64,000 bases of DNA, taken from NCBI GenBank assembly GCA_036489775.1, contig DASXFC010000001.1, forward strand, positions 9,982 through 73,981, read 5' to 3'. The notes beneath the pieces were generated by a model. The model searched no databases. It saw only the letters and a list, made by a program, of their open reading frames with translations, and was not told the DNA's origin. The number at the start of each line of letters is the position of its first letter. The stretch's first letter is position 1. This DNA comes from Acidimicrobiales bacterium. Lineage in GTDB: Bacteria; Actinomycetota; Acidimicrobiia; Acidimicrobiales; RAAP-2. The translations under genes and the position numbers were made by a program. Positions 34,794-43,453 of the stretch are shown here, in pieces.

Positions 34794-36155
34794 TCAGTCG
34801 CCCCAGGACAGAGTGGTCATGCCCTGCGGGCGACTCATCCCCTTCAAGAAGGTGTCACGCTGCCCGACAAAGGTGAATTCACCCGAACCCTGCACCAGCT
34901 GGGCCGACAGGGTCGACACCACGATTTCACCGGCTTCGGCTTGACTGGCCAAACGGCTGGCCACGATCACCGTGTGGCCCAGATAGTCGTCATCCTCCTC
35001 GACGGCATCGCCGGTGTGAATGCCGATATGCACCTGAATGGGCTGATCGGCGTGTGCTTGTGAGTAGGTGCGAAAGGCTCGCTGCAGGTCGACGGCGCAG
35101 CGCAGCGCGCGGGCCACTCCACTGAAGACCACCATGAAGCCGTCGCCTTGCACGTTGATCTCTCGTCCGCCATGCCGATCCAACATGGAGCGCACAATCT
35201 GGTGATGCTGGCGTAGCAACTCCCTCGAGGCGTGATCGCCCAGGCGCTCGGTCATGCCGGCGTAATCGACCATGTCACTGAAGAGGATGGTCACCGTGCC
35301 GTCGTTGACCATCGGCGGGGCCGACGGTCCCTGGGGCGGCGCCACCGGCCGTTCGGGTCGAGACGACCCAGTCCCGCTCAGCTCGGCGCGGATCTGCCGC
35401 CGGATGTCCTTGCCCAACGCCGAGAAATTGATGGCGCCACTGCCGTCGACGTATTCGGGGAGCGCCTCTTGCACCCCGCCGAGGACGGATTTGAGGATTT
35501 CCTTGCCGGTGCGGTTCGGCTTGGAGCGCACATCGATGCCCCCCATGACACAGAAGCCCTTGATCAGGATCCGAGGCGATCCGGGAACCCGGGGCACATC
35601 TCGCAACTTGAGGCTGCGGCCCCCCATCAGCGAGAACCCGTCCAACTCCACGTCGAATCCCTCGGGAACCGTGATCTTGATGCCACCCCAGAAACAGAAG
35701 GCGGAGATCTCCACTTCGGGCCCTTCGATGGCGGCTCGGCGCAGGTCAAGGTCACAACCGCCCATGACCGCCACCGCGTTGGTCTTGCCCGATATCCGCC
35801 AGCGACCCTTGGTGTCCGACCCGCTCATCACCGCCACGTGCCAACGGCGGGCTTTGCGGATCGGGACGTCGCTGACTACTTCGCTGCCGGCCACGGGCAG
35901 ATCGACCAGGCAGCCGTCCAGTTCGCCACGCGTGCGCGCCTCGAGCGCCAGGCCGACCCGCTCGGAGAATTCGTCAAGGGTCAGGCGACCTTCGACCACG
36001 TGCTCGCGTAAGAGCAGGATGGTGCGGTCCCGATCGGCGTCAGCGACCCGCTCCGCCAGCTCGCTCCCTGAGTCGGCCGGCGACGGTTGCCCCGATTGGG
36101 GCCATTGGGCCATGCCGTCAGTCTGCTCGGTTCCGCCCCGGCGCGCATCAACCAC
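34794..36155 (-). CDS. Class III adenylate/guanylate cyclase with an N-terminal DUF1707 and a LiaF-C-like beta domain
   Basis: ORF 34794..36155 (alternative ATG at 36113). DUF1707 segment: DRDRTILLLREHVVEGRLTLDEFSERV. LiaF-like segment: AVMGGCDLDLRRA...WGGIKITVPEGFDVELDGFSLMGG. Cyclase segment: VTILFSDMVDYAGMTE...QGDGFMVVF...IGIHTGDA. No TM helix is evident. Confidence 0.88.
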   Translation of the reverse strand: MVDARRGGTEQTDGMAQWPQSGQPSPADSGSELAERVADADRDRTILLLREHVVEGRLTLDEFSERVGLALEARTRGELDGCLVDLPVAGSEVVSDVPIRKARRWHVAVMSGSDTKGRWRISGKTNAVAVMGGCDLDLRRAAIEGPEVEISAFCFWGGIKITVPEGFDVELDGFSLMGGRSLKLRDVPRVPGSPRILIKGFCVMGGIDVRSKPNRTGKEILKSVLGGVQEALPEYVDGSGAINFSALGKDIRRQIRAELSGTGSSRPERPVAPPQGPSAPPMVNDGTVTILFSDMVDYAGMTERLGDHASRELLRQHHQIVRSMLDRHGGREINVQGDGFMVVFSGVARALRCAVDLQRAFRTYSQAHADQPIQVHIGIHTGDAVEEDDDYLGHTVIVASRLASQAEAGEIVVSTLSAQLVQGSGEFTFVGQRDTFLKGMSRPQGMTTLSWGD

Positions 36156-36210
36156 CAGGGACCTGACGCCACGTCAGATGGGTGGTGGACCACCGGTAGG
36201 CTCCTGCGCC

Positions 36211-37632
36211 GTGCAAGGCATCCTCAGTGCAGCCGGTTACGTCCCCTACCGCCGCCTTCCCCGGGCCGACATCGCCACTTTCATGGGCAGCGGTGGCGGC
36301 AAGGGCAGCCGGGCCGTGGCCTCCCATGACGAGGACTCGACGACGCTGGGCGTCGAGGCGGCGCGACTGGCCCTGCGGGCCGCCTCCGGCGCCACGCCCG
36401 ACGCCATCTGGTTCGCCACCGCCTCCCCCGCCTACCTCGACAAGACCAATGCCACCGCCATCGCGGCCGCGCTCCGTCTGGAGGGGGACGTGGGCGCCTT
36501 CGATTTCGGCGGGGCCCTGCGCTCTGGCGTGGGGGCACTCCTGGCCGCGGTGAAGGGCACCGGCACCACTCTGGTGGTGACCGGAGATCTCCGTGACGGC
36601 CTGCCCACCAGTGCGGACGAGTCGGTCGGCGGTGATGGCGCTGCCGCGTTGCTGGTGGGCCAGGGCTCGGACGTCGTGGCTGAATTCGTGGGCAGCGCAT
36701 CGGCCACCGACGAGTTCACCGACCGCTGGCGCGCCCCGGGCGAGCGTGTCTCCAAGCTCTGGGAGGAGCGGTTCGGTGAGAACCGCTACGTGGATCTGGG
36801 CCGCGATGCCTACGCGAGGGCATTGGCGGCCGCCGGCATCGAAGGCGGCGCGGTCGGGCGGGTCGTCATCACCGGCATGCACAGCCGGGCCCTCGGTGCC
36901 CTGACCAAGCAGCTCGGCCTCGACGCAGGCGTGGTGGTCGACGACCTGACCGGCGAAATCGGGCAGACCGGAACGGCCCATCCGCTGCTCGTCCTGACCC
37001 ACGCGCTCGAGGGGATGACCGAAGCCCCCGCCGGCACGGTTGTCGTACTCCTCCACCTGGCTGACGGGGCCGATGCCCTCGTCTTCCGGACCACCCCGGC
37101 CCTGGCGATCTGGCACTCGCCCCGTCCCGTGCGGACCCAGGTCGAGCAAGGCGCCCCCATCCCCTATTCGAAGTTCCTGGCCTGGCGGGGCCAGCTGCAA
37201 CCCGAGCCGCCACGGAGGCCCGAACCCGCCCGGGTCTCGAGCACGGCCGCTCATCGCAATGAGCAATGGAAGTTCGGCTTCGTGGGGTCGCGCGATCGCT
37301 CGACCGGCGCCGTGCACCTGCCGCCATCACGCATCTCCATGGAGGGCGGCGCCCTCGACGACATGGAGCCGCTGGCCATGGCCGAAGCCATCGGCACCGT
37401 GGTCACCTTCACCATCGACCGCCTGGCCTACTCCCCCAGCCCGCCGATCGTGTTCGCCATCGTGGACTTCGACGGCGGTGGCCGCTACCCGGTCGAGCTG
37501 ACCGACCTCGATCCCACCGAGCTCAAGGTGGGGAGCCGGGTGGAGATGACCTTCCGCCGCCTGTTCAGTGCCGACGGTATTCATGACTACTTCTGGAAGG
37601 CACGCCCGGTGCGCCAGGGAGGAGCGAGCTGA
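36211..37632 (+). CDS. HMG-CoA-synthase/KAS-III-like thiolase-fold domain fused to a DUF35 OB-fold domain; contains no cysteine
   Basis: ORF 35272..37632 trimmed to GTG 36211 (VQGILSAAGYVPYRRL); ATG 36178 is possible. The N-domain has DEDSTTLGVEAARLAL and GDGAAALLV. The C-domain has WKFGFVGSR...TFTIDRLAY...VEMTFRR. Upstream of 36211 the ORF is antisense to the cyclase gene. Confidence 0.85.
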   Translation: MQGILSAAGYVPYRRLPRADIATFMGSGGGKGSRAVASHDEDSTTLGVEAARLALRAASGATPDAIWFATASPAYLDKTNATAIAAALRLEGDVGAFDFGGALRSGVGALLAAVKGTGTTLVVTGDLRDGLPTSADESVGGDGAAALLVGQGSDVVAEFVGSASATDEFTDRWRAPGERVSKLWEERFGENRYVDLGRDAYARALAAAGIEGGAVGRVVITGMHSRALGALTKQLGLDAGVVVDDLTGEIGQTGTAHPLLVLTHALEGMTEAPAGTVVVLLHLADGADALVFRTTPALAIWHSPRPVRTQVEQGAPIPYSKFLAWRGQLQPEPPRRPEPARVSSTAAHRNEQWKFGFVGSRDRSTGAVHLPPSRISMEGGALDDMEPLAMAEAIGTVVTFTIDRLAYSPSPPIVFAIVDFDGGGRYPVELTDLDPTELKVGSRVEMTFRRLFSADGIHDYFWKARPVRQGGAS

Positions 37633-38825
37633 TGGGATCTCACGGCATCAGGGATCGGGTGGCCATCGTCGGCATGGGCTGCACGCCCTTCGCCGAGCAA
37701 TGGGACAAGGGTCTCGACGATCTCATCATCGAAGCCAGCACCGACGCCTTCGCTTCGGCCGGTCTCACCAAGGACGAGATCGACGCCTACTGGTTCGGTA
37801 CGGCGCAGAGCGGCATGAGCGGCATCACGCTGGCCCGGCCGCTACAGCTCCACAACAAGCCGGTCACCCGGGTCGAGAACTACTGCACCACGGGATCCGA
37901 GGCCTTGCGCGCCGCCGCCTATGCGGTGGCGTCGGGTGCCTACGACGTGGCCATGGCCGTCGGCGCCGAGAAGGTCAAGGACAGTGGGTACCAGGGCCTC
38001 AACGCCATGAACCCGCCCAGCGACGGCACGGCCCGCACCCTGACCGCTGCCGCCATGTTCTCCATGGTGGCCCCGGCTTACGGGCAGAAGTACGGCGTCG
38101 ACGACGAGACCATGTCCGATGTCCTGGCCGCCATCGCGGTGAAGAACCACTTCAACGGAGCCCGTAACCCGCGGGCGCAGTTCCGCCGCGAGATCACGGC
38201 GGAAGCGGCCAAGGCGTCACCGCGTCTGGCCGGCACCCTGGGTGTCTTCGACTGCGCCGGCGTCGCCGACGGTTCGGCCGCGGCCATTGTGGTGCGGGCG
38301 GAGGACGCCACCAAGTTCACGGACAAGCCGCTGTACATCAAGGCACTCTCGTTTGCCGCCGGGAGTGGATCAGGGTTGATCGACCCGGGGTACGACTACA
38401 CCCACTTCCCCGAGTGCGAAGCGACGGCGCGCGATGCCTATGAGCAGGCCGGCATCACCGATCCGTGCCGGCAGCTGGCCATGGCCGAAGTGCACGACTG
38501 CTTCACTCCGACCGAACTCGTCCTCATGGAGGACCTCGGATTCGCCGCCCGTGGCACCGCCTGGAAGGAGGTGCTCGATGGCACCTTTACCTTGCACGGC
38601 GATCTGCCGGTCAACCCCGACGGTGGGCTCAAGAGTTTCGGGCATCCGGTCGGGGCCTCGGGGTTGCGCATGCTCTTCGAGTGCTGGCTCCAGATGCGCG
38701 GGGAAGCCACGCCCGAGCGGCAGATCACCACGACCGATCGTGGCCTGGCCCTGACCCACAACCTCGGTGGCTATCCGGGCGAAATGGTGTCGTTCGTGTC
38801 CGTGGTCGGCACCGAATTGGGCTGA
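37632..38825 (+). CDS. SCP-x-type thiolase (acetyl-CoA acyltransferase family)
   Basis: ORF 37632..38825. The ATG overlaps the upstream TGA (TGATG). Motifs VAIVGMGCTPF, VENYCTTGSEAL (nucleophile Cys), EVHDCFT and GGLKSFGHPVGASG. Confidence 0.9.
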   Translation: MGSHGIRDRVAIVGMGCTPFAEQWDKGLDDLIIEASTDAFASAGLTKDEIDAYWFGTAQSGMSGITLARPLQLHNKPVTRVENYCTTGSEALRAAAYAVASGAYDVAMAVGAEKVKDSGYQGLNAMNPPSDGTARTLTAAAMFSMVAPAYGQKYGVDDETMSDVLAAIAVKNHFNGARNPRAQFRREITAEAAKASPRLAGTLGVFDCAGVADGSAAAIVVRAEDATKFTDKPLYIKALSFAAGSGSGLIDPGYDYTHFPECEATARDAYEQAGITDPCRQLAMAEVHDCFTPTELVLMEDLGFAARGTAWKEVLDGTFTLHGDLPVNPDGGLKSFGHPVGASGLRMLFECWLQMRGEATPERQITTTDRGLALTHNLGGYPGEMVSFVSVVGTELG

Positions 38826-38826
38826 G

Positions 38827-39948
38827 TTAATCGATGAGCTGGCCCAACGGCACGTACTCGACGTCGTGGGCCTCGGCCACCGGCCGGTAGACCACCCGAC
38901 CTTCAGCCACGTTGACGCCCTGGGCCAAGGCGTCGTCGGTCCGGGCCGCGCCTCGCCAACCCTTGGCGGCGATGGCCAAGGTGTAGGGCAAGGTGGCATT
39001 GGAGAGCGCATGCGTCGACGTGTGGGGGACCGCACCAGGCATGTTGGCCACGCAGTAGAAGATCGATCCGTGGACCTCGTAGGTCGGGTTCGAGTGGGTG
39101 GTCGGTCTGGTCGACTCGAAGCACCCGCCCTGGTCCACTGAGATATCGACCAGCACCGATCCTTCGCGCATGCGCTCGACCAGGGCGTCGGACACCAGAC
39201 GAGGCGCCCGGGCCCCCACCACCAGTACGGCTCCGATCACGATGTCCGCTTCGAGGCATACCTCTTCGATGGCGTGGGCGGACGAAGCGATGGTCTCGAG
39301 GTCACCGCGGAAATGGTGATCGAACTCGCGCAAGCGGTCGAGGTTGCGGTCCAGCACGAAGACCTCCGAGTGCATGCCCACTGCCATGGTGGCAGCGGCC
39401 ATTCCGACCACCCCGGCACCGAGGATCACCACCCGCGCCGTCCGGACGCCGGGCGCCCCGCAGACCAGGACACCGCGCCCCCCGCCCGGCCGCATGAGGT
39501 GGTGAGCCCCCATCATCGGGGCCATCCGGCCCGCCACCTCGCTCATGGGAATGAGCAGCGGGAGCGATCCATCGGCCAGCCGTACCGTCTCGTAGGCGAT
39601 GGCCACGTTGCCGCCGGCCACCAGGGCATCGGTGCACGGGCGGGACGCGGCCAAGTGGAGGTAGGTGAAGAGGGTCTGTCCGGCCCGGGCTCCCAGGCGG
39701 TGGTACTCCGATTCGACCGGCTCCTTGACCTTGCAGACCAGATCCGCCTCGGCCCAGAGATCGTCGGCGTCCTCGAGGATCTTGGCCCCGGTGTATTCGT
39801 AGTCGGCGTCGCGCATGGACGAACCGTCTCCCGCACCTTTCTCGATGAGCACGGTATGTCCGGCCGATGTCAACTCCCGCGCGCCGGCCGGTGTCATGGC
39901 GACGCGGTACTCGTCGGCCTTCACTTCCTTGGGGACCCCGACAATCAT
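38827..39948 (-). CDS. ald: Alanine dehydrogenase
   Basis: ORF 38827..39948. Motifs MIVGVPKEVKADEYRVAMTP, VVILGAGVVGMAAA, VDISVDQGGCFE and YCVANMPGAVP. Confidence 0.95.
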   Translation of the reverse strand: MIVGVPKEVKADEYRVAMTPAGARELTSAGHTVLIEKGAGDGSSMRDADYEYTGAKILEDADDLWAEADLVCKVKEPVESEYHRLGARAGQTLFTYLHLAASRPCTDALVAGGNVAIAYETVRLADGSLPLLIPMSEVAGRMAPMMGAHHLMRPGGGRGVLVCGAPGVRTARVVILGAGVVGMAAATMAVGMHSEVFVLDRNLDRLREFDHHFRGDLETIASSAHAIEEVCLEADIVIGAVLVVGARAPRLVSDALVERMREGSVLVDISVDQGGCFESTRPTTHSNPTYEVHGSIFYCVANMPGAVPHTSTHALSNATLPYTLAIAAKGWRGAARTDDALAQGVNVAEGRVVYRPVAEAHDVEYVPLGQLID

Positions 39949-39952
39949 CGGA

Positions 39953-41419
39953 CTACTCCTCTACGTTGCTCATGACGTGCTTGACCCGGGTGTAATCCTC
40001 GAGCCCGTACGCCGAAAGATCTTTGCCATAGCCCGAGCGCTTGAACCCGCCGTGGGGCATCTCGGCGACCAGTGGGATGTGGGTGTTGATCCAGACACAG
40101 CCGAAGTCGAGATCTCGCGCCATGCGCATGGCCCGACCGTGGTCACGCGTCCAGACCGACGAAGCCAGCCCGTACTGCACACCATTGGCCCACTCGAGCG
40201 CTTCGGACTCGTCGGAGAATTCCTGCACCGTGATGACCGGGCCGAAGACCTCCGACTGGATCATCTCGTCATCCTGGCGGAGCCCGGCCACCACCGTCGG
40301 CGCGAAGCAATAGCCACGCTGGCCCGACGGGCTGCCCCCGGTGAGGACGGCGGCATGGCTGGGAGTGCGATCGAGGAAGCCCCGCACCCGCTCGAGCTGC
40401 GTGGCGTTGTTCAGCGGCCCGTAGTCGGCGTCGGGATTGTCCGTTCCGCCCACCGTGGTCTGCTGCGCCTGCTCGACCAGGGCGGCCAGGAGGTCGCCGT
40501 GCATACGGGGTCCCGCCAACACCCGGGTGGCCGCCGTGCAATCCTGCCCGGCATTGAAATAGCCGGCCACCGCGATGCCTTCGGCGGCGGCCTGCGCGTC
40601 GGCGTCGTCGAACACGATCACCGGTGCCTTCCCGCCCAACTCGAGATGCACCCGCTTGAGCGTCGGCGCGGCGGCCGCAGCCACCTCCATGCCGGCACGC
40701 ACCGATCCGGTCACCGACACCATGGCGGGCACGTCGTGCGCCACCAGAGCCCGCCCGGTGTCGCGATCCCCGCAGACGACATTGAAGACCCCGGGAGGCA
40801 GGAACTCCGCCATGATCTCGGCCATGCGCAGCGTGGTGACGGGCGTGGTGTCCGACGGCTTGAGCACCATGGTGTTGCCGGCCGCCAGGGCCGGGGCGAA
40901 CTTCCAGACGGCCATCATCATCGGGTAGTTCCATGGGGTGACCGCGCCGCAGACCCCGATGGGCTCCCGGCGAATGAACGAGGTGTGGCCCGCCAGGTAT
41001 TCGGTCGCCGCCAGGCCCTGCAGATGGCGGGCCGCGCCGGCGAAGAACCTGATCTGGTCGACCATGGGCGGGATCTCCTCCTCCATGGTCAGTTGGAAAG
41101 GTTTCCCCGTGTTCTCCGACTCGAGAGCGACCAGCTCCTCAGCTCGGCTCTCGATGGCATCGGCGATGCGGAGCAGGGCCAGTGACCGCTCCGAGGGGGT
41201 CGTCCGGCGCCAACCCGTGAAGGCGATGGCCGCAACCCGCACAGCGTGGTCGACGTCGGCCGGGCCCGAGCAGGGTGCCTCGGCGAAGACCTCGCCGGTA
41301 CTGGGGTCGACCAGTTCCATCAGCGGGCCGTCCGAGGCATCGCACGGGCGTCCTCCGACGAAGTTCTGCAGGCGGCGCAACGACACTCCCTTCGACGCGG
41401 GTTCCTGGTACAGAATCAC
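39953..41419 (-). CDS. NAD-dependent aldehyde dehydrogenase, gamma-aminobutyraldehyde dehydrogenase-like
   Basis: ORF 39953..41419 (GTG; GTG 41386 is also possible). Motifs [22 protein letters not shown] (catalytic Glu), [12 protein letters not shown] (catalytic Cys) and EVFGPV. Confidence 0.92.
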   Translation of the reverse strand: MILYQEPASKGVSLRRLQNFVGGRPCDASDGPLMELVDPSTGEVFAEAPCSGPADVDHAVRVAAIAFTGWRRTTPSERSLALLRIADAIESRAEELVALESENTGKPFQLTMEEEIPPMVDQIRFFAGAARHLQGLAATEYLAGHTSFIRREPIGVCGAVTPWNYPMMMAVWKFAPALAAGNTMVLKPSDTTPVTTLRMAEIMAEFLPPGVFNVVCGDRDTGRALVAHDVPAMVSVTGSVRAGMEVAAAAAPTLKRVHLELGGKAPVIVFDDADAQAAAEGIAVAGYFNAGQDCTAATRVLAGPRMHGDLLAALVEQAQQTTVGGTDNPDADYGPLNNATQLERVRGFLDRTPSHAAVLTGGSPSGQRGYCFAPTVVAGLRQDDEMIQSEVFGPVITVQEFSDESEALEWANGVQYGLASSVWTRDHGRAMRMARDLDFGCVWINTHIPLVAEMPHGGFKRSGYGKDLSAYGLEDYTRVKHVMSNVEE

Positions 41420-41480
41420 AGAGGAAGGGGGTATTCACAAGCGATTTCGCAACAGAACGTCCTCAAGACGCCGAATCTGC

Positions 41481-41509
41481 TTGACTCTGAGCCATTTTGT
41501 GACACAATT
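41481..41509 (+). promoter_or_regulatory. Candidate promoter for the lrp-like gene (TTGACT-N16-CACAAT)
   Basis: Read from the AT-rich 131-nt gap. The -10-like hexamer overlaps the second copy of a CACAA..ATTTCGC motif (copies at 41436..41450 and 41503..41513). No transcript data are available. Confidence 0.3.
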
Positions 41510-41550
41510 TCGCCGATGCCCGGCGCAGGATCGGGCCCGTGAGGAGCACC

Positions 41551-42093
41551 ATGCCCGAGAGGGAGCAGGCAGGCCCCGAAGACGGCGAGCGGGCAGGCAA
41601 TGGCGCACTCGACGCAGCGAACCGCTCCATCATCGAGGCGCTGCAACGGGATGGGCGCCAGCCCTACGGCGCCATCGCCGAATCGGTCGGCCTGTCCGAG
41701 GCCGCCGTCCGGCGACGAGTGCAGCGGCTCCGCGAGGACGGCATCATCCAAATCGTCGCCGTCACCGATCCGCTCCAGCTCGGGTTCACCCGCCAGGCCA
41801 TGGTGGGGATCTCGGTCGAAGGTGATATCCGGCACGTGGCCGATCAACTCTCCGTACTGCCCGAAGTCGACTACGTCGTCATGTGCGCCGGCTCATTCGA
41901 TCTTCTGGCCGAAGTCGTCTGCGAGGACGACGAGAGCCTGCTGACTCTCCTGAACGACCGCGTCCGGGCCATCCCGGGCGTGCGATCGACCGAAACCTTT
42001 CTCTACCTGAAACTGGCCAAACAGACCTACACCTGGGGCACCCGGGAAGAGGCTGCACCAAAACGGAGGCACGATGGACTCCCCCAACCCTGA
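41551..42093 (+). CDS. Lrp/AsnC-family transcriptional regulator
   Basis: ORF 41539..42093. ATG 41551 is preferred because GAGGAG lies 4 nt upstream. HTH region: LDAANRSIIEALQRDGRQPYGAIAESVGLSEAAVRRRVQRLREDGII. A C-terminal RAM/AsnC_trans_reg domain is present. Confidence 0.9.
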   Translation: MPEREQAGPEDGERAGNGALDAANRSIIEALQRDGRQPYGAIAESVGLSEAAVRRRVQRLREDGIIQIVAVTDPLQLGFTRQAMVGISVEGDIRHVADQLSVLPEVDYVVMCAGSFDLLAEVVCEDDESLLTLLNDRVRAIPGVRSTETFLYLKLAKQTYTWGTREEAAPKRRHDGLPQP

Positions 42094-43453
42094 GAATTCG
42101 CAGCTGAGCGACCAAGCACGAAGACATCTGTGGATGCACTTCAGCCGGTTGGCCACGTACGAGACCCATGAGGTGCCCGTCATCGTGCGCGGCGAAGGCG
42201 CCTACGTCTGGGACCAGCACGGCAAGCGCTACCTCGACGGGCTGGCCGGCCTCTTCACTTCGCAGCTTGGTCACGGCCGGATGGAGTTGGCCGAAGCCGG
42301 GGCCAAGCAGGCCGGGACCCTGGCCTACTTCCCGCTGTGGACCTATGCCCACCCCCGCGCCATCGAGCTGGCCGAGCGAATCGCCAGCTACACACCAGGT
42401 GACCTGAACCGCGTCTTCTTCACGTCCGGCGGTTCGGAGGCCGTCGAGTCGGCCTGGAAGCTGGCGCGCCAGTACTTCCGGTTGATCGGTCAACCCCAGC
42501 GCACCAAAGTCATCAGCCGCTACATCGCCTATCACGGCACGACCATGGGCGCGCTGTCCATCACCGGCATTCCTGACCTCAAGACCCCCTTCGAGCCCCT
42601 GGTGCCCGGCGCGGTCAAGGTGGCCAACACCAACTTCTACCGGGCCCCTCTCTTCGCTGACGATGAGGTCGCCTTCGGCCGTTGGGCGGCCGACGAGATC
42701 GAGCGGGCCATCCTGCGCGAGGGCCCCAACACGGTGGCCGCCGTCTTCCTCGAGCCGGTGCAGAACGCCGGCGGCTGCTTCCCCCCGCCGCCTGGCTATT
42801 TCGAGCGGGTGCGGGAGATCTGTCATCGCTACGGGGTGCTGCTCGTCTCCGACGAGGTGATCTGCGCCTTCGGTCGCCTGGGTCACTGGTTCGGATCGCT
42901 GCGCTACGACTACCAACCTGACATCATCACGGTGGCCAAGGGATTGACGTCGGGCTATGCACCGCTGGGCGCCATGATCGTGTCGGATCGCCTGGTTGAG
43001 CCCTTCCTCCAGGAAGGCGTGTCGTTCCTGCACGGCTTCACCTTCGCCGGGCACCCGGTCAGTTGTGCCGTTGCCCTGGCCAACCTCGATGTCTTCGAAG
43101 GCGAAGGGATCCTCCAGCATGTCCGCTCGACCGAGGCCGACTTCCGCCGCACCCTCGAGTCGCTCTACGACCTGCCGATCGTGGGCAATGTGCGCGGCGA
43201 CGGCTTCTTCTACGGGATCGAGCTGGTCAAGGACAAGGACACCCGGGAGTCGTTCAATGCGGAGGAATCAGAGCGTCTCTTGCGTGGCTACCTCTCCGGA
43301 GCCCTCTTCGAGGCCGGACTGATCTGCCGCGCTGACGACCGGGGCGATCCGGTCGTGCAGCTGTCGCCGCCCTTGATCTGCGAACAAGCAGAGTTCGACG
43401 TCATGGCCTCCACCCTGCGCGAGGTGTTGAGCGAGGCGTGGCGCCGGATGTAG
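42074..43453 (+). CDS. Class III (omega) aminotransferase, putrescine/beta-alanine:pyruvate transaminase-like
   Basis: ORF 42074..43453. GGAGG lies 4 nt upstream of the ATG. Motifs FTSGGSEAVESAWK, LVSDEVICAFGRLG and ITVAKGLTSGYAPLGA (PLP Lys). It overlaps the lrp 3' end by 20 nt. Confidence 0.92.
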   Translation: MDSPNPENSQLSDQARRHLWMHFSRLATYETHEVPVIVRGEGAYVWDQHGKRYLDGLAGLFTSQLGHGRMELAEAGAKQAGTLAYFPLWTYAHPRAIELAERIASYTPGDLNRVFFTSGGSEAVESAWKLARQYFRLIGQPQRTKVISRYIAYHGTTMGALSITGIPDLKTPFEPLVPGAVKVANTNFYRAPLFADDEVAFGRWAADEIERAILREGPNTVAAVFLEPVQNAGGCFPPPPGYFERVREICHRYGVLLVSDEVICAFGRLGHWFGSLRYDYQPDIITVAKGLTSGYAPLGAMIVSDRLVEPFLQEGVSFLHGFTFAGHPVSCAVALANLDVFEGEGILQHVRSTEADFRRTLESLYDLPIVGNVRGDGFFYGIELVKDKDTRESFNAEESERLLRGYLSGALFEAGLICRADDRGDPVVQLSPPLICEQAEFDVMASTLREVLSEAWRRM

